A stretch of 50,842 nt of DNA from a bacterium (GTDB taxonomy: Bacteria > Zhuqueibacterota > Zhuqueibacteria > Oceanimicrobiales > Oceanimicrobiaceae). The notes beneath the pieces are model-generated. The model saw nothing but the letters and a program-made list of their open reading frames with translations. It made no database searches and was not told the DNA's origin. The position numbers and the translations under genes are program-made. Location: NCBI GenBank assembly GCA_046757165.1, contig JBHHXT010000012.1, positions 1-50,842 on the forward strand, read 5' to 3'. Positions 1 through 11,210 of this stretch are shown piece by piece (positions within the stretch are counted from its first letter, which is position 1; the number at the start of each line of letters is the position of its first letter).

Positions 1-887
1 GCTGCAATCGGGTTGGCCTTGTTTTGTCCGGCGATATCTGGTGCCGAGCCGTGCACCGGCTCATACAAAGCCACGCCCTGCCCCAGACTGGCCGAGGGCA
101 GCATCCCCAGCGAGCCTGTCAACATCGAGGCTTCATCGCTCAAGATGTCGCCGAACAGGTTCCCGGTGACCAGAACATCGAACTGCGCAGGAGCGCGAAC
201 GATCTGCATGGCGCAATTGTCGACCAGCATGTGTTGGAGCTCGACATCGGGGTAATGCTGGCCCACCTGATCGAGTGTTTTGCGCCAGAGCTGGGAAGTG
301 GCGAGAATGTTGGCTTTATCGACCGAGGTAACCTTGCCGCGGCGCGACCTGGCCGCCTTGAACGCGACATGCGCGATACGCTCTATCTCCGAGGTGCGGT
401 ATGTCATGGTATCGACCGCACGTTCTTCGCCATTCACCGCTTCGGTGAACCTGGGAGAGCCAAAGTAGATGCCACCGGTCAGCTCCCGCACCACAAGGAT
501 ATCCACCCCTTTGACGATCTCCGGCTTGAGGGTGGTGGCCGTGGCCAGCGCGTCGTGGACGATCACGGGCCGGAGATTGGTGTACAGGCCAAGCTCCTTG
601 CGCAGCGTCATGAGCGCAACTTCGGGACGTTCATCTTTTGAGAGATGGTCCCATTTGGGGCCGCCGACCGCGCCGAGGAATACGGCGTCCGCGCTCTTGC
701 AAGCCGTCACCACCTCTGGTTCGATGGGCGTGCCGGAGGCCTCGATGGCAGCGCCGCCAACGTGAAATTCCTGGATTTCGAAAGCAAGACCGCACTTCTC
801 GCCGGCTGCCTGGAGAACTTGCATGGCAGCTTGCGTGACCTCGATACCGATGCCATCGCCTGGCAGGGAGATGATTCTCTTTTTCAT
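1..887 (-). CDS. leuB: 3-isopropylmalate dehydrogenase (3' end runs off the window)
   Basis: Manual translation from ATG 887 (ATGA overlap with the leuD stop): [17 protein letters not shown]...GAVGGPKW...VDKAN...[11 protein letters not shown]...[12 protein letters not shown]. Absent from the ORF track because there is no stop in the window. Confidence 0.96.
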   Translation of the reverse strand, partial: MKKRIISLPGDGIGIEVTQAAMQVLQAAGEKCGLAFEIQEFHVGGAAIEASGTPIEPEVVTACKSADAVFLGAVGGPKWDHLSKDERPEVALMTLRKELGLYTNLRPVIVHDALATATTLKPEIVKGVDILVVRELTGGIYFGSPRFTEAVNGEERAVDTMTYRTSEIERIAHVAFKAARSRRGKVTSVDKANILATSQLWRKTLDQVGQHYPDVELQHMLVDNCAMQIVRAPAQFDVLVTGNLFGDILSDEASMLTGSLGMLPSASLGQGVALYEPVHGSAPDIAGQNKANPIA

Positions 888-1444
888 CCGACCATCCCGT
901 TCCTGCGCGCATAGGCGAAGATGCCACCTGCGTTCACGATATCTGCAACCTCGGCCAACGGTTTGAGGGTGAATTTCTGGCCGGTGGTCAGGTTCTCGAG
1001 TGCGTTGGATGGCAGGTCAATGACCAGCTCGTCGTTGGTCCTGATTTTTTTCGACAGATCTTCATGGCTCTCGAACGGCACCACGAAGCCGCCGTCGACC
1101 GCATTACGGTAGAAGATACGGGCGTAAGTCGGAGCCACTACGGCCCGGACGCCGGCAATCTGCAGCGCCGCCGGGGCATGCTCCCGCGATGAGCCACAGC
1201 CAAAGTTCTTGCCGGCAACGATGATACGGAACCCGGATTTAAACCCGCCATTCGGTGTAAAGGGAACGCCGCCTGCCGGCAGTCCGGATTCGGCTTCCGG
1301 CACGCCGGACAAGGCGTAACGGCCGTAGAATCTTCTTTCCTCTTCATGGTCGAGACGGTAGACCAGATGCTCTGCCGGGATAATCTGGTCGGTATCGACG
1401 TTGTCTCTGACCACGAACGCTTTGCCTTTGATGGATTGTCTCAT
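884..1444 (-). CDS. leuD: 3-isopropylmalate dehydratase small subunit
   Basis: [22 protein letters not shown] and ARIFYRNA motifs. Start chosen at ATG 1444 downstream of AAGGA; 1453 is an alternative. Confidence 0.93.
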   Translation of the reverse strand: MRQSIKGKAFVVRDNVDTDQIIPAEHLVYRLDHEEERRFYGRYALSGVPEAESGLPAGGVPFTPNGGFKSGFRIIVAGKNFGCGSSREHAPAALQIAGVRAVVAPTYARIFYRNAVDGGFVVPFESHEDLSKKIRTNDELVIDLPSNALENLTTGQKFTLKPLAEVADIVNAGGIFAYARRNGMVG

Positions 1445-1554
1445 GACGCTCATTCCTTTCATTGCTGACGCGATCAAAGCGCAAGCTCATCCGTAACCGC
1501 GGATGAACGCAAGTGCACGCGCATGGAAAGATGTGAGTGTAAATATACGAAAGC

Positions 1555-1657
1555 CGGAGTGCGAAAATCAGTTCCGTCAGGAACGTATTTTTGCAACATA
1601 TCCGGCCAGTGATGCTGCAAAAATACGTTCACTACGTTCACTGATTTTTGCACTCCG
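1555..1657. repeat. Nested inverted repeat (REP/MITE-like stem-loop)
   Basis: 1555-1572 pairs with 1640-1657 (1 mismatch). 1581-1599 pairs with 1612-1630 (1 mismatch). Confidence 0.75.
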
Positions 1658-1710
1658 ATTATACCTGAATAGTCTAACTCCTCTTCGCGTTCTTCGTGCC
1701 TTTAATGATG

Positions 1711-1821
1711 AACCGCAAAGACGCAAAACCCGCAAACGTTCCAATTTTAAGAGACGGGCGCTAACGATGAGTGAATAATCTATCATATTATGACCTTTGC
1801 GTTCATTGCGTCTTTGCGGTT
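1711..1821. repeat. Inverted repeat
   Basis: AACCGCAAAGACGCAA (1711-1726) is the perfect reverse complement of TTGCGTCTTTGCGGTT (1806-1821). Confidence 0.75.
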
Positions 1822-2014
1822 TGATTTTCTTGCAAGAAAATGCAAAAGTTCGGCGGTAATACCATAAACACATAAATTATGCTCGAATATCTGAATAGAA
1901 GTTTTGAATAAAGTTGCCTTTGAAGTTTGTAATGCACGCGTCAGCATGCTGTTTTTAAAGCCTTTGGTCGCCTGACGGCGGCACTGCGAACAAACAATTC
2001 ATGAATAATGCAGA

Positions 2015-3304
2015 CTAAAAAAACTCTCTCGGGTCGGTGATCTTGCCGGTCACCGCCGAGGCGGCGACCGTGTATGGCGACGCAAGATAAACCTGCGCCC
2101 GCTTCGATCCCATCCGGCCCGGGAAGTTGCGGTTGGTGGTTGAAATGCAGATTTCTTCACCGTGCAGACGACCGAACGTGTCGGCTGGCCCTCCAAGACA
2201 GGCGGCGCAAGAAGCCTGGCCCATCCTGGCGCCGGCATTGCTGAAAATCTCAGCCAGCGTCTGGCCATCGATCCTGAGCTGGTTCAGGTTGCGGACGATC
2301 TCCATTGTCGCTGGCACCACGAAGGTTTCGATTTTCACCGTCTGCTGGCGGAGAATCTGAGCAGCGGCGATCAAGTCTGAAATCTTGCCGCCGGTGCAGG
2401 AACCGATGTAGGCGCGTGTTAGCCGCGTGTTGCGCATGTCGCGCACAGTCGCCTTGTTTTCCGGGGAGTGGGGCTTCGCCAGCATGGGCTCCAGATCCTT
2501 TGACTTGTAACAGCGGACGCTCTCGTATTTTGCGGCAGCGTCGTTGAACACCGGCTCGTAAGGATGGTTGGTGCGCTGGCTGAGATAGGAGAAGGTCGTT
2601 TCATCCGGTTCGATGACGCCATTCTTGCCGCCTGCCTCGATGACCATGTTGGCCAGGGTCATGCGGTCTTCCATATCGAGGCGTTCCACGCCATCGCCGG
2701 CGAATTCCATGGTGCGATAGCTGGCGCCATCCACGCCGATGTCGCCAATGATCTTCAGCATCATGTCCTTTGCCGTGACGTAAGGGGGAATGGCGCCCTC
2801 GAAATGGAATTTGAGGGTGGGCGGCACTTTCACCCAGAGCTTGCCGGTTCCGAGGATGAATGCCGCGTCGGTGTTGCCAATGCCGGTGGCAAATTCACCA
2901 AAGGCGCCTGCGGTGCAGGTGTGAGAGTCGGTTCCGAACAGAACTTCGCCTGGCCGGGTGAACCCGGCTTCCGGCAGACCGACATGGCAGACTCCCTTGT
3001 AGTCGCGGGTGCCCACATCAAAGAAGTTCGGCAGGTTCTGTTCTTGCGCGAAAGCTCGCAGGATTTCGACATTCCGGTTGGCGTACTCATCGTGCGTAAA
3101 GATGTAGTGGTCGGGGATGATGACCACCTTGTTGCGGTCCCAGACGCGGGCATCTTCTCCGAATTGTTTTTTGAAAATGGCGAATGTGGGGGGCCCGCAG
3201 ACGTCATGGGTCATCAGGAGGTCGACTTCCACCCAGACGGTTTCTCCTGGCTCCACTCTCGTTCTCCCCGTATGTCGTGCAAGAATCTTTTCAGTGATGG
3301 TCAT
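2015..3304 (-). CDS. leuC: 3-isopropylmalate dehydratase large subunit
   Basis: MTITEKILA, TDSHTCT, IGSCTGG, CAACLGG and STTNRNFPGRMG aconitase-family motifs. GAGGTG SD before ATG 3304. Confidence 0.95.
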   Translation of the reverse strand: MTITEKILARHTGRTRVEPGETVWVEVDLLMTHDVCGPPTFAIFKKQFGEDARVWDRNKVVIIPDHYIFTHDEYANRNVEILRAFAQEQNLPNFFDVGTRDYKGVCHVGLPEAGFTRPGEVLFGTDSHTCTAGAFGEFATGIGNTDAAFILGTGKLWVKVPPTLKFHFEGAIPPYVTAKDMMLKIIGDIGVDGASYRTMEFAGDGVERLDMEDRMTLANMVIEAGGKNGVIEPDETTFSYLSQRTNHPYEPVFNDAAAKYESVRCYKSKDLEPMLAKPHSPENKATVRDMRNTRLTRAYIGSCTGGKISDLIAAAQILRQQTVKIETFVVPATMEIVRNLNQLRIDGQTLAEIFSNAGARMGQASCAACLGGPADTFGRLHGEEICISTTNRNFPGRMGSKRAQVYLASPYTVAASAVTGKITDPREFF

Positions 3305-3320
3305 GGTGCACCTCATCTCA

Positions 3321-4520
3321 TCAGGTTTGCAGTGCTGGCGTTGATGCCGGTTGTTGTTGTTTCATTTCTCTTTTGGCGATGGCGGCGATCTCCCCGTCAC
3401 GCACGACTTTCCTGGCGTCGGCCAGGTCGATAAACGCTGTGTATATCCGCTGTAATTGCTCGTGCGTTGGGCGGAAGCCCAAGTGGTTGAGCCGGTGCTC
3501 GAGGGCGCTGCGGCCCGAGTGTTTGCCAAGCACCAGTCTGCTCGTGGGGACGCCGACAGATTCAGGCGTCATGATTTCGTAGGTGAGCGTATTCTTGAGC
3601 ACGCCGTCCTGGTGGATGCCGGCCTCGTGTGCGAACGCGTTGTCTCCGACGATGGCCTTGTTCGGCTGTACCCGGGCACCGGTGAGCTCGGTCAGCAGGA
3701 CGCTGGCTGCGAACAGCTCCGTGGTTTCGACACGGGTGGTGATGTCGAAGGCGGTGGGTCTGGTTTTCAGGCTCATGACGACTTCTTCCAGGGCGGCATT
3801 GCCGGCACGCTCGCCGATGCCGTTGATGGTGCATTCGACCTGGCGCGCACCTTTGTGAAGCGCTGTAATGGAATTGGAGACGCTGTGGCCAAGGTCATCA
3901 TGACAATGTACACTCAGGACGACGTTCCCGACTCCCTGGATGTTCTCGAGCAGAAATTCGACCAGCTCGCCAAACTCCCAGGGCAGGCAGAATCCAACGG
4001 TGTCCGGAACATTGATCACGGTGGCGCCTGCCGCCACGACCGCAGAATAGATATCGACCAGGAATGCACGCTCCGAGCGCGTGGCATCCTCGGCAGAGAA
4101 TTCGACATCGTCGCACAGGCTCTTCGCGTATTCGACCGCCCGGACGGCGTCGTTGAGCGCCTCGGTGCGGGTCTTGCGCAGCTTGTATCTCAAATGGATG
4201 TCTGAGGTGGCGATAAAGGTATGAATGCGCGGACGTCTGGCGCCTTTGAGGGCTTCCCAGGCGCGGTCGATGTCTTCTTTGCGAGCCCGGCAAAGGCCGG
4301 CCACCGCGCAGCGCTCGGTCCGCTTCGCGATTTCGCGCACCGCCAGAAAATCGCCATCTGAGGCGATAGGGAAGCCTGCCTCGATAACGTCCACCTTCAG
4401 GCGCTCCAACTGCTTCGCCATGCGGAGTTTTTCTTGCAGATTCATGGTGAATCCAGGCGCTTGTTCACCATCTCTTAGCGTGGTGTCGAAAATGAGAATC
4501 GGTGTAGCATCCGTGACCAT
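3321..4520 (-). CDS. leuA: 2-isopropylmalate synthase, short form lacking the C-terminal regulatory domain
   Basis: [32 protein letters not shown] and LGKHSGR motifs; only 399 aa. Confidence 0.93.
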   Translation of the reverse strand: MVTDATPILIFDTTLRDGEQAPGFTMNLQEKLRMAKQLERLKVDVIEAGFPIASDGDFLAVREIAKRTERCAVAGLCRARKEDIDRAWEALKGARRPRIHTFIATSDIHLRYKLRKTRTEALNDAVRAVEYAKSLCDDVEFSAEDATRSERAFLVDIYSAVVAAGATVINVPDTVGFCLPWEFGELVEFLLENIQGVGNVVLSVHCHDDLGHSVSNSITALHKGARQVECTINGIGERAGNAALEEVVMSLKTRPTAFDITTRVETTELFAASVLLTELTGARVQPNKAIVGDNAFAHEAGIHQDGVLKNTLTYEIMTPESVGVPTSRLVLGKHSGRSALEHRLNHLGFRPTHEQLQRIYTAFIDLADARKVVRDGEIAAIAKREMKQQQPASTPALQT

Positions 4521-4523
4521 CTC

Positions 4524-5519
4524 TTAGCTCCGGTTTTCAATCCAGGACATCATTTGGCGCAGCTTTTTGCCGACTTTTTCAATTTGCAGCTCATCATGCT
4601 GTTGGCGGAGCGCATGCAGCACAGGCTGGCCGGCCTGGTTTTCGAGAATCCACTCTCTGGCAAAGCTGCCATCCTGTACCGCCTCGAGAATTTCACGCAT
4701 GCGTTGCCGGGTGGCTTCGGTGATGACTTGTGTGCCCCGGCTCATGCCGCCATACTCGGCTGTTTCGCTGACCGAATCATACATTTTGCCCAGGCCGCCT
4801 TCATAGAACAGATCGACGATGAGCTTCAGCTCGTGCAAGCATTCGAAGTAAGCAATTTCCGGCTGGTAGCCCGCCTGCACCAGGGTATCGAAGCCTGCTT
4901 TGACCAGCTCAGTGACGCCGCCGCAAAGGACGGTTTGCTCCCCAAACAAGTCGGTCTCGGTTTCCTCTTTGAACGTGGTCTCAATCACCCCTGCGCGTGT
5001 GCCACCGATTCCCCTGGCGTAAGCGAGAGCAAGCTGCCTGGCTATTTTTGAGGCATCCTGGTGAACGGCCAGCAGGCACGGTACACCGCCGCCTTGTGTG
5101 AAAACGCGGCGCACGAGATGCCCGGGGCCCTTCGGAGCGATCATGAAAACGTCGACCTCCTCTGGCGGCAAAATCTGGTTGAAATGGATATTGAACCCGT
5201 GCGCAAAGGCGAGCGCATTGCCGGCTTGCAGATTGGGCAAGACGTCATTTTCATAGACCGCGGGTTGCGCCGGGTCCGGCAGCAGGACCATGACCACATC
5301 GGCTGCTTCCGTGGCCTCGCGCGGCGTCATCACGCGCAAGCCATCTGCCTCTGCTTTTGCCCACGACCGGCTCTCTTTCCTGAGTCCCACCACCACCTGC
5401 ACGCCGCTGTCTTTCAGGTTGAGCGCATGGGCATGGCCCTGGCTGCCGTAGCCCAGCACCGCCACGGTTTTGTCTTTCAGCACGCCTGGATCGGCATCTG
5501 AGTCATAGTAGAGTTTCAT
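4524..5519 (-). CDS. ilvC: Ketol-acid reductoisomerase (class I)
   Basis: [30 protein letters not shown] and AYFECLHE motifs. Confidence 0.97.
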   Translation of the reverse strand: MKLYYDSDADPGVLKDKTVAVLGYGSQGHAHALNLKDSGVQVVVGLRKESRSWAKAEADGLRVMTPREATEAADVVMVLLPDPAQPAVYENDVLPNLQAGNALAFAHGFNIHFNQILPPEEVDVFMIAPKGPGHLVRRVFTQGGGVPCLLAVHQDASKIARQLALAYARGIGGTRAGVIETTFKEETETDLFGEQTVLCGGVTELVKAGFDTLVQAGYQPEIAYFECLHELKLIVDLFYEGGLGKMYDSVSETAEYGGMSRGTQVITEATRQRMREILEAVQDGSFAREWILENQAGQPVLHALRQQHDELQIEKVGKKLRQMMSWIENRS

Positions 5520-5578
5520 CGTGTATTCCTTTCATGATTGTTTTTGACCACTGAAAATCCGTCATCGGTTCTCGATGT

Positions 5579-6067
5579 TCAGGTTTGGCCTTTGAACTCC
5601 CGCTTCAACGCCACGCTGCCGGTGCGGGCCACCTCGAGCAGCCCGAACGGGCGAAACATGCCGATGGCGGCATCGATTTTGTCTTTTTTCCCGGTGACCT
5701 CGATAGTCAGCGACTGCGGGCTGATGTCGATGATTTTGGCCCGGAAAACATGGGTGACCTGGATGATCTCGGAGCGAGTTTCCGGCGTCGTGCTCACTTT
5801 GACCAACGCCAATCCCCGCTCCACGAAAGGCTCGTAGGTCAAGTCCGTCACTTTCACGACATCGATGAGCTTGTTCAGCTGGTTGTTGATCTGCTCGATG
5901 ATGCGATCGTCGCCGCGGGTTGTGATACTCATGCAAGCCAGACCCGGCTCTTTTGCCTCGCCGAAGCTCACACTGTCGATGTTGAACCCGCGCCCGCTGA
6001 ACAAGCCGATAATCCTCGACAGCGCGTTGAAGTTGTTTTGAAAATGGACCGAGATTGTGTGTTTCAT
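5579..6067 (-). CDS. ilvN: Acetolactate synthase small (regulatory) subunit
   Basis: ACT domain LSRIIGLFSGRGFNIDS, QLNKLIDV, EVARTG. Confidence 0.95.
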   Translation of the reverse strand: MKHTISVHFQNNFNALSRIIGLFSGRGFNIDSVSFGEAKEPGLACMSITTRGDDRIIEQINNQLNKLIDVVKVTDLTYEPFVERGLALVKVSTTPETRSEIIQVTHVFRAKIIDISPQSLTIEVTGKKDKIDAAIGMFRPFGLLEVARTGSVALKREFKGQT

Positions 6068-6123
6068 CGGGTTGCGTTCCGTGTTTCAGGTTCGAGTTTC
6101 AGCTTGAGCTGCGCTGGTCATTT

Positions 6124-6237
6124 GTTGTCATTTGCCCTCAGGGCGTCATTGGGTTAGTGGTTGCTAAATGATGCCGTCAGGGCAAATGACAACGCGAAGC
6201 GCTAGATGATTTTTTTCGCAGCGAAGTCTGCGAAAAA
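6124..6237. repeat. Two intergenic stem-loops between ilvB and ilvN
   Basis: 6124-6150 / 6167-6193 form a 27-bp inverted repeat with 3 mismatches. 6212-6221 / 6228-6237 form a 10-bp stem. Confidence 0.7.
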
Positions 6238-6238
6238 T

Positions 6239-8014
<1,776 letters not shown>

Positions 8015-8050
8015 GGTTGTTCCCTTTCGGAAGAAGTAAGGTTTTGTCGG

Positions 8051-9721
8051 TCAATCAAGCGAAAGAACCGCTCCGGTGTGCGCAGATGTGACCATGGCGG
8101 CGTATCTTCGCAGCCAGCCGCTTTCAACGCGAGGCGCCGGCGGAGACCAGAGCTTTCGTCTTCGTTGCAGTTCCTCGTCTGAGATTTCAATGTCCAGGCG
8201 TCGACGCGGCACATCGACTCGAATGGTGTCGCCCGCTTTGATGAGCGCGATGGGTCCGCCTTGTGCGGCTTCGGGCGAAACATGGCCGACGCACGCCCCT
8301 CGGGTGCCGCCGGAGAACCGCCCGTCGGTGATCAGCGCCACCCGGCTTCCCATGCCCATGCCCATGATGTTCGCGGTTGGCGCCAGCATCTCCTGCATTC
8401 CGGGTCCGCCTTTCGGACCTTCGTAGCGGATGACCACGACGTCCCCGGCCTTGACCCTGCCGCTGAGAATCCCGGCATTGGCCTCTTCCTGGGAATCGAA
8501 AATCACTGCAGGGCCGCCGTGTGTCTGCATCTCTTGTGTCATCGCAGCCGTTTTCACGACAGCGCCCTCCGGCGCCAGGTTACCAAACAGGATGGCGAGA
8601 CCGCCGCGGTCGCTGTAGGCGTTCTCGAGCGGGCGGATGACCTCCGGATCTTTGATCTCAGCGGCTGCGATGTTGTCCGCGAGCGATTTGAGCGTAACCG
8701 TTTTTTGCTCGGTGCTCAAGAGGCCACGTTTCTTGCTCAATTCCTTCAGGATCGCGCTGATGCCGCCCGCGCGGTCCACATCTTCCATGTGCCAGCGAGA
8801 GGCGGGGGAGACCTTGCACAAGTGCGGAACCCGTTCAGCCACCTGGTTGATGCGTTGCAGCGGGTACTCCAGCCCGGCTTCCCGGGCGATGGCGAGGGTG
8901 TGCAAAACGGTGTTGGTGGATCCCCCCATGGCCATGTCCAGCGCAAAGGCGTTGTCGATGGCTTCAAAGGTCACGATGTCCCGCGGCTTGACATCTGTTG
9001 CGATGAGCTCGATGATCCGGTGCGCGGCCTGGCGCAGCAGATCGCGGCGTTTTTCAGAGGTGGCCAGGGAGGTGCCGTTGCCCGGTAGCGCCAGGCCCAG
9101 GGCCTCCATCAAGCAGTTCATCGAGTTGGCGGTGAACATGCCAGAGCAGGAGCCGCAGGTGGGGCAGCCGTAGTCTTCCAGCTCTTTCAACTCTGCCTCG
9201 TCGATTTTGCCACTCTTGAAAGCCCCAACTCCTTCAAAAACCGAGATCAGATCGACGGTTTTGCCTGAGGGAGTTTGGCCTGCGGCCATGGCACCGCCAC
9301 TCACGAAGATGGTGGGGATGTTGATGCGCAGCGCCCCCATGAGCATCCCCGGCACGATCTTATCGCAATTTGGAAGGCACACCAGCCCATCGAGCTGGTG
9401 TGCCATGGCGACGGTTTCCACGGCGTCTGCGATCAGCTCGCGGCTGGGGAGGGAGTATTTCATGCCCGCGTGCCCCATGGCGATGCCGTCGTCCACGCCG
9501 ATGGTGTTGAACTCGAACGGGACCCCGCCAGCCTCCCGGATAGCGTTTTTGACGATCTGTCCCAGCTCCTGCAGATGCACGTGGCCGGGAATAATCTCGA
9601 TGAACGAGTTGCAGACGCCGATGAACGGTTTGCTGAAATCCTCATCCTTGAGGCCACAAGCCTTCAGCAAACTGCGGTGTGGCGCCCGCTCGAACCCTTT
9701 CTTGATCTGGTCGCTGCGCAT
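8051..9721 (-). CDS. ilvD: Dihydroxy-acid dehydratase
   Basis: [43 protein letters not shown] and TDGRFSG motifs. Confidence 0.97.
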   Translation of the reverse strand: MRSDQIKKGFERAPHRSLLKACGLKDEDFSKPFIGVCNSFIEIIPGHVHLQELGQIVKNAIREAGGVPFEFNTIGVDDGIAMGHAGMKYSLPSRELIADAVETVAMAHQLDGLVCLPNCDKIVPGMLMGALRINIPTIFVSGGAMAAGQTPSGKTVDLISVFEGVGAFKSGKIDEAELKELEDYGCPTCGSCSGMFTANSMNCLMEALGLALPGNGTSLATSEKRRDLLRQAAHRIIELIATDVKPRDIVTFEAIDNAFALDMAMGGSTNTVLHTLAIAREAGLEYPLQRINQVAERVPHLCKVSPASRWHMEDVDRAGGISAILKELSKKRGLLSTEQKTVTLKSLADNIAAAEIKDPEVIRPLENAYSDRGGLAILFGNLAPEGAVVKTAAMTQEMQTHGGPAVIFDSQEEANAGILSGRVKAGDVVVIRYEGPKGGPGMQEMLAPTANIMGMGMGSRVALITDGRFSGGTRGACVGHVSPEAAQGGPIALIKAGDTIRVDVPRRRLDIEISDEELQRRRKLWSPPAPRVESGWLRRYAAMVTSAHTGAVLSLD

Positions 9722-9875
9722 GTTCCGGACTCCTATTCTAAAGACACCTTGTTTTGGATGGTCTCTGGGTTAGAAGTCAAGCCTACTGGTGAGTTTTTCT
9801 CTGGGATGTGATGGGTGTTGAGTTTGTGATTGTAGGATTGACTTCTCGAGAGCGCTTAGCCCAGAAGCAACCCTA
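9722..9875 (-). promoter_or_regulatory. Putative ilv-leu attenuator RNA with alternative pairings and no intrinsic terminator
   Basis: mRNA segment AGAAGUCAAUCCUAC (9846-9832) can pair either with the leader end UAGGGUUGCUUCU (9875-9863) or with GUAGGCUUGACUUCU (9786-9772). The region between is C-rich and G-poor. Confidence 0.6.
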
Positions 9876-9990
9876 TCAGCAACAAGAGGACGACAATAAG
9901 TACCAAGAGGAGACGGAGGATCACATCAACAGGGGCCACGCGCCTGGCGAGGAGGATGTTCTCAGAACCTGTTGATAGATGTCTGCTCAT
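9856..9990 (-). CDS. Leu/Ile/Val-rich leader peptide of the ilv-leu operon (44 aa)
   Basis: Manual translation MSRHLSTGSENILLARRVAPVDVILRLLLVLIVVLLLLIGLLLG*: 15 Leu, 6 Val, 4 Ile. Lies between the promoter and ilvD. Confidence 0.85.
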   Translation of the reverse strand: MSRHLSTGSENILLARRVAPVDVILRLLLVLIVVLLLLIGLLLG

Positions 9991-10039
9991 CTTGAATCGT
10001 AGATGGGTCGTGTTTGATACGTACGATTAATTGGCGGCA

Positions 10040-10068
10040 AATGTAAGAAACAATAATCAAAATGTCAA
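10040..10068 (-). promoter_or_regulatory. sigma70-type promoter of the ilv-leu operon
   Basis: TTGACA-17 nt-TACATT on the minus strand, with a T-rich UP-like tract upstream. Confidence 0.75.
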
Positions 10069-10133
10069 GAAAAAAATAAATGGTACCTAACTTTTTTAAG
10101 CAATCGTCCGGGACCGGGGCAAAAAAATATCTG

Positions 10134-10162
10134 TTGACTTTCTCAGTCAACTTTCTTACACT
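10134..10162 (+). promoter_or_regulatory. sigma70-type promoter of the phe operon
   Basis: TTGACT-17 nt-TACACT. Confidence 0.7.
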
Positions 10163-10192
10163 ATTACCGATGACTCGGAAGGAAATACGACC

Positions 10193-10264
10193 ATGAAGCA
10201 GTCTTTCAATACTCCGTTTCGATTTACCTTTTTCTTCTTTTTTGGCTCCGTGCCGGGGTCTTGA
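10193..10264 (+). CDS. pheL: Phe-rich leader peptide (23 aa, pheL-like)
   Basis: MKQSFNTPFRFTFFFFFGSVPGS*: 8 Phe, 5 of them consecutive. AAGGA SD upstream; directly upstream of pheA. Confidence 0.9.
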   Translation: MKQSFNTPFRFTFFFFFGSVPGS

Positions 10265-10305
10265 AGGTTGTGTATTGACGTGTATTAAATAAGACAATTC
10301 AACCA

Positions 10306-10340
10306 AAGGCCCCGACGAAAATCGGGGCCTTCTTAGTTTT
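10306..10340 (+). terminator. Attenuator terminator of the phe operon
   Basis: AAGGCCCCGA-CGAAAA-TCGGGGCCTT followed by CTTAGTTTT. Its 5' arm can alternatively pair with CGGGGTCTTGAAGGTTG (10254-10270), forming the antiterminator. Confidence 0.85.
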
Positions 10341-10349
10341 GGGGGTCTG

Positions 10350-11210
10350 ATGAAAGCAATCACGAAAATCGCGATCCAGGGCGGCCGGGCCTCGTTTCAC
10401 GACATGGCCGCGCGCGCATATTTCGCAGACACCGAAATCGAGCTGAAAGCGTGCCGCACCTTTCGTCAGCAGATTCAGGACTTGCTGGCGGGCGAGGTGG
10501 CGTGCGCCGTCCTGGCGATCGAAAACACGCTCTCTGGCAGCATCTTGCCCAACTACTCCCTGCTGCAGAACGCCGCCGTGACGATTGCCGGCGAGGTCTA
10601 TCTGCACATCCGGCAGAATCTGATGGCCCTGCCCGGACAAGCGCTCGCTGACATCGAGTGGGTGAAATCACATCCGATCGCCTTGCACCAGTGCAGCGAG
10701 TTTCTGGAGGACCATCCGCACTTGCGCAGCGTTGAAACGCATGACACGGCAGAAAGCGCGCGTGAGATTCGCGAGCAACGGGAAACAGGCGTGGCGGCTA
10801 TCGCCGGCACGCTTGCGGCCGAGTTGTACGGTTTGGAGATTCTGGCTCCGTCCATCGAGAACATCAAAGAGAATTATACACGGTTTTTGATCATCGCCCG
10901 GCGAGATGGCGGGCATCAGGTTTCGCCAACGGCGAACAAGGCTTCGCTGAGTTTTCACGTCATGCACAAGGTCGGCGCGCTGGCGCAGATATTAGATATC
11001 CTGCGCGACAACGGCCTCAATCTCGGTCTGATCCAATCCACCCCCATCCCTGGCAGGCCGGACGAGTATGCGTTTCATATCGATGTGGAATGGCTCGAGC
11101 GGCCGGATTTTGACGAAGCCGTGCGCGAGCTCGCCCCGGTGACGCGTGAGCTCAGGATTCTGGGAGAATATGAGGTCGGAAAGAAACCCTATGATAATCG
11201 ACAAAGCTGA
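10350..11210 (+). CDS. pheA: Prephenate dehydratase
   Basis: IAIQG, AIENT, SHPIALHQC and NYTRFL motifs plus a C-terminal ACT domain. Confidence 0.93.
   Translation: MKAITKIAIQGGRASFHDMAARAYFADTEIELKACRTFRQQIQDLLAGEVACAVLAIENTLSGSILPNYSLLQNAAVTIAGEVYLHIRQNLMALPGQALADIEWVKSHPIALHQCSEFLEDHPHLRSVETHDTAESAREIREQRETGVAAIAGTLAAELYGLEILAPSIENIKENYTRFLIIARRDGGHQVSPTANKASLSFHVMHKVGALAQILDILRDNGLNLGLIQSTPIPGRPDEYAFHIDVEWLERPDFDEAVRELAPVTRELRILGEYEVGKKPYDNRQS

Noticed and set aside
1503..1873. ORFs 1503-1778 (+) and 1577-1873 (-)
   Set aside because: They translate palindromic repeat DNA, giving Arg/Leu-rich low-information sequence; no recognisable family.
9722..10349. T-box or metabolite riboswitch in either leader
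   Set aside because: No T-box consensus seen; codon-biased leader peptides account for the regulation.
9962..10363. 133-aa minus-strand ORF
   Set aside because: It spans both promoters and the antisense of the Phe attenuator, which explain the region better.
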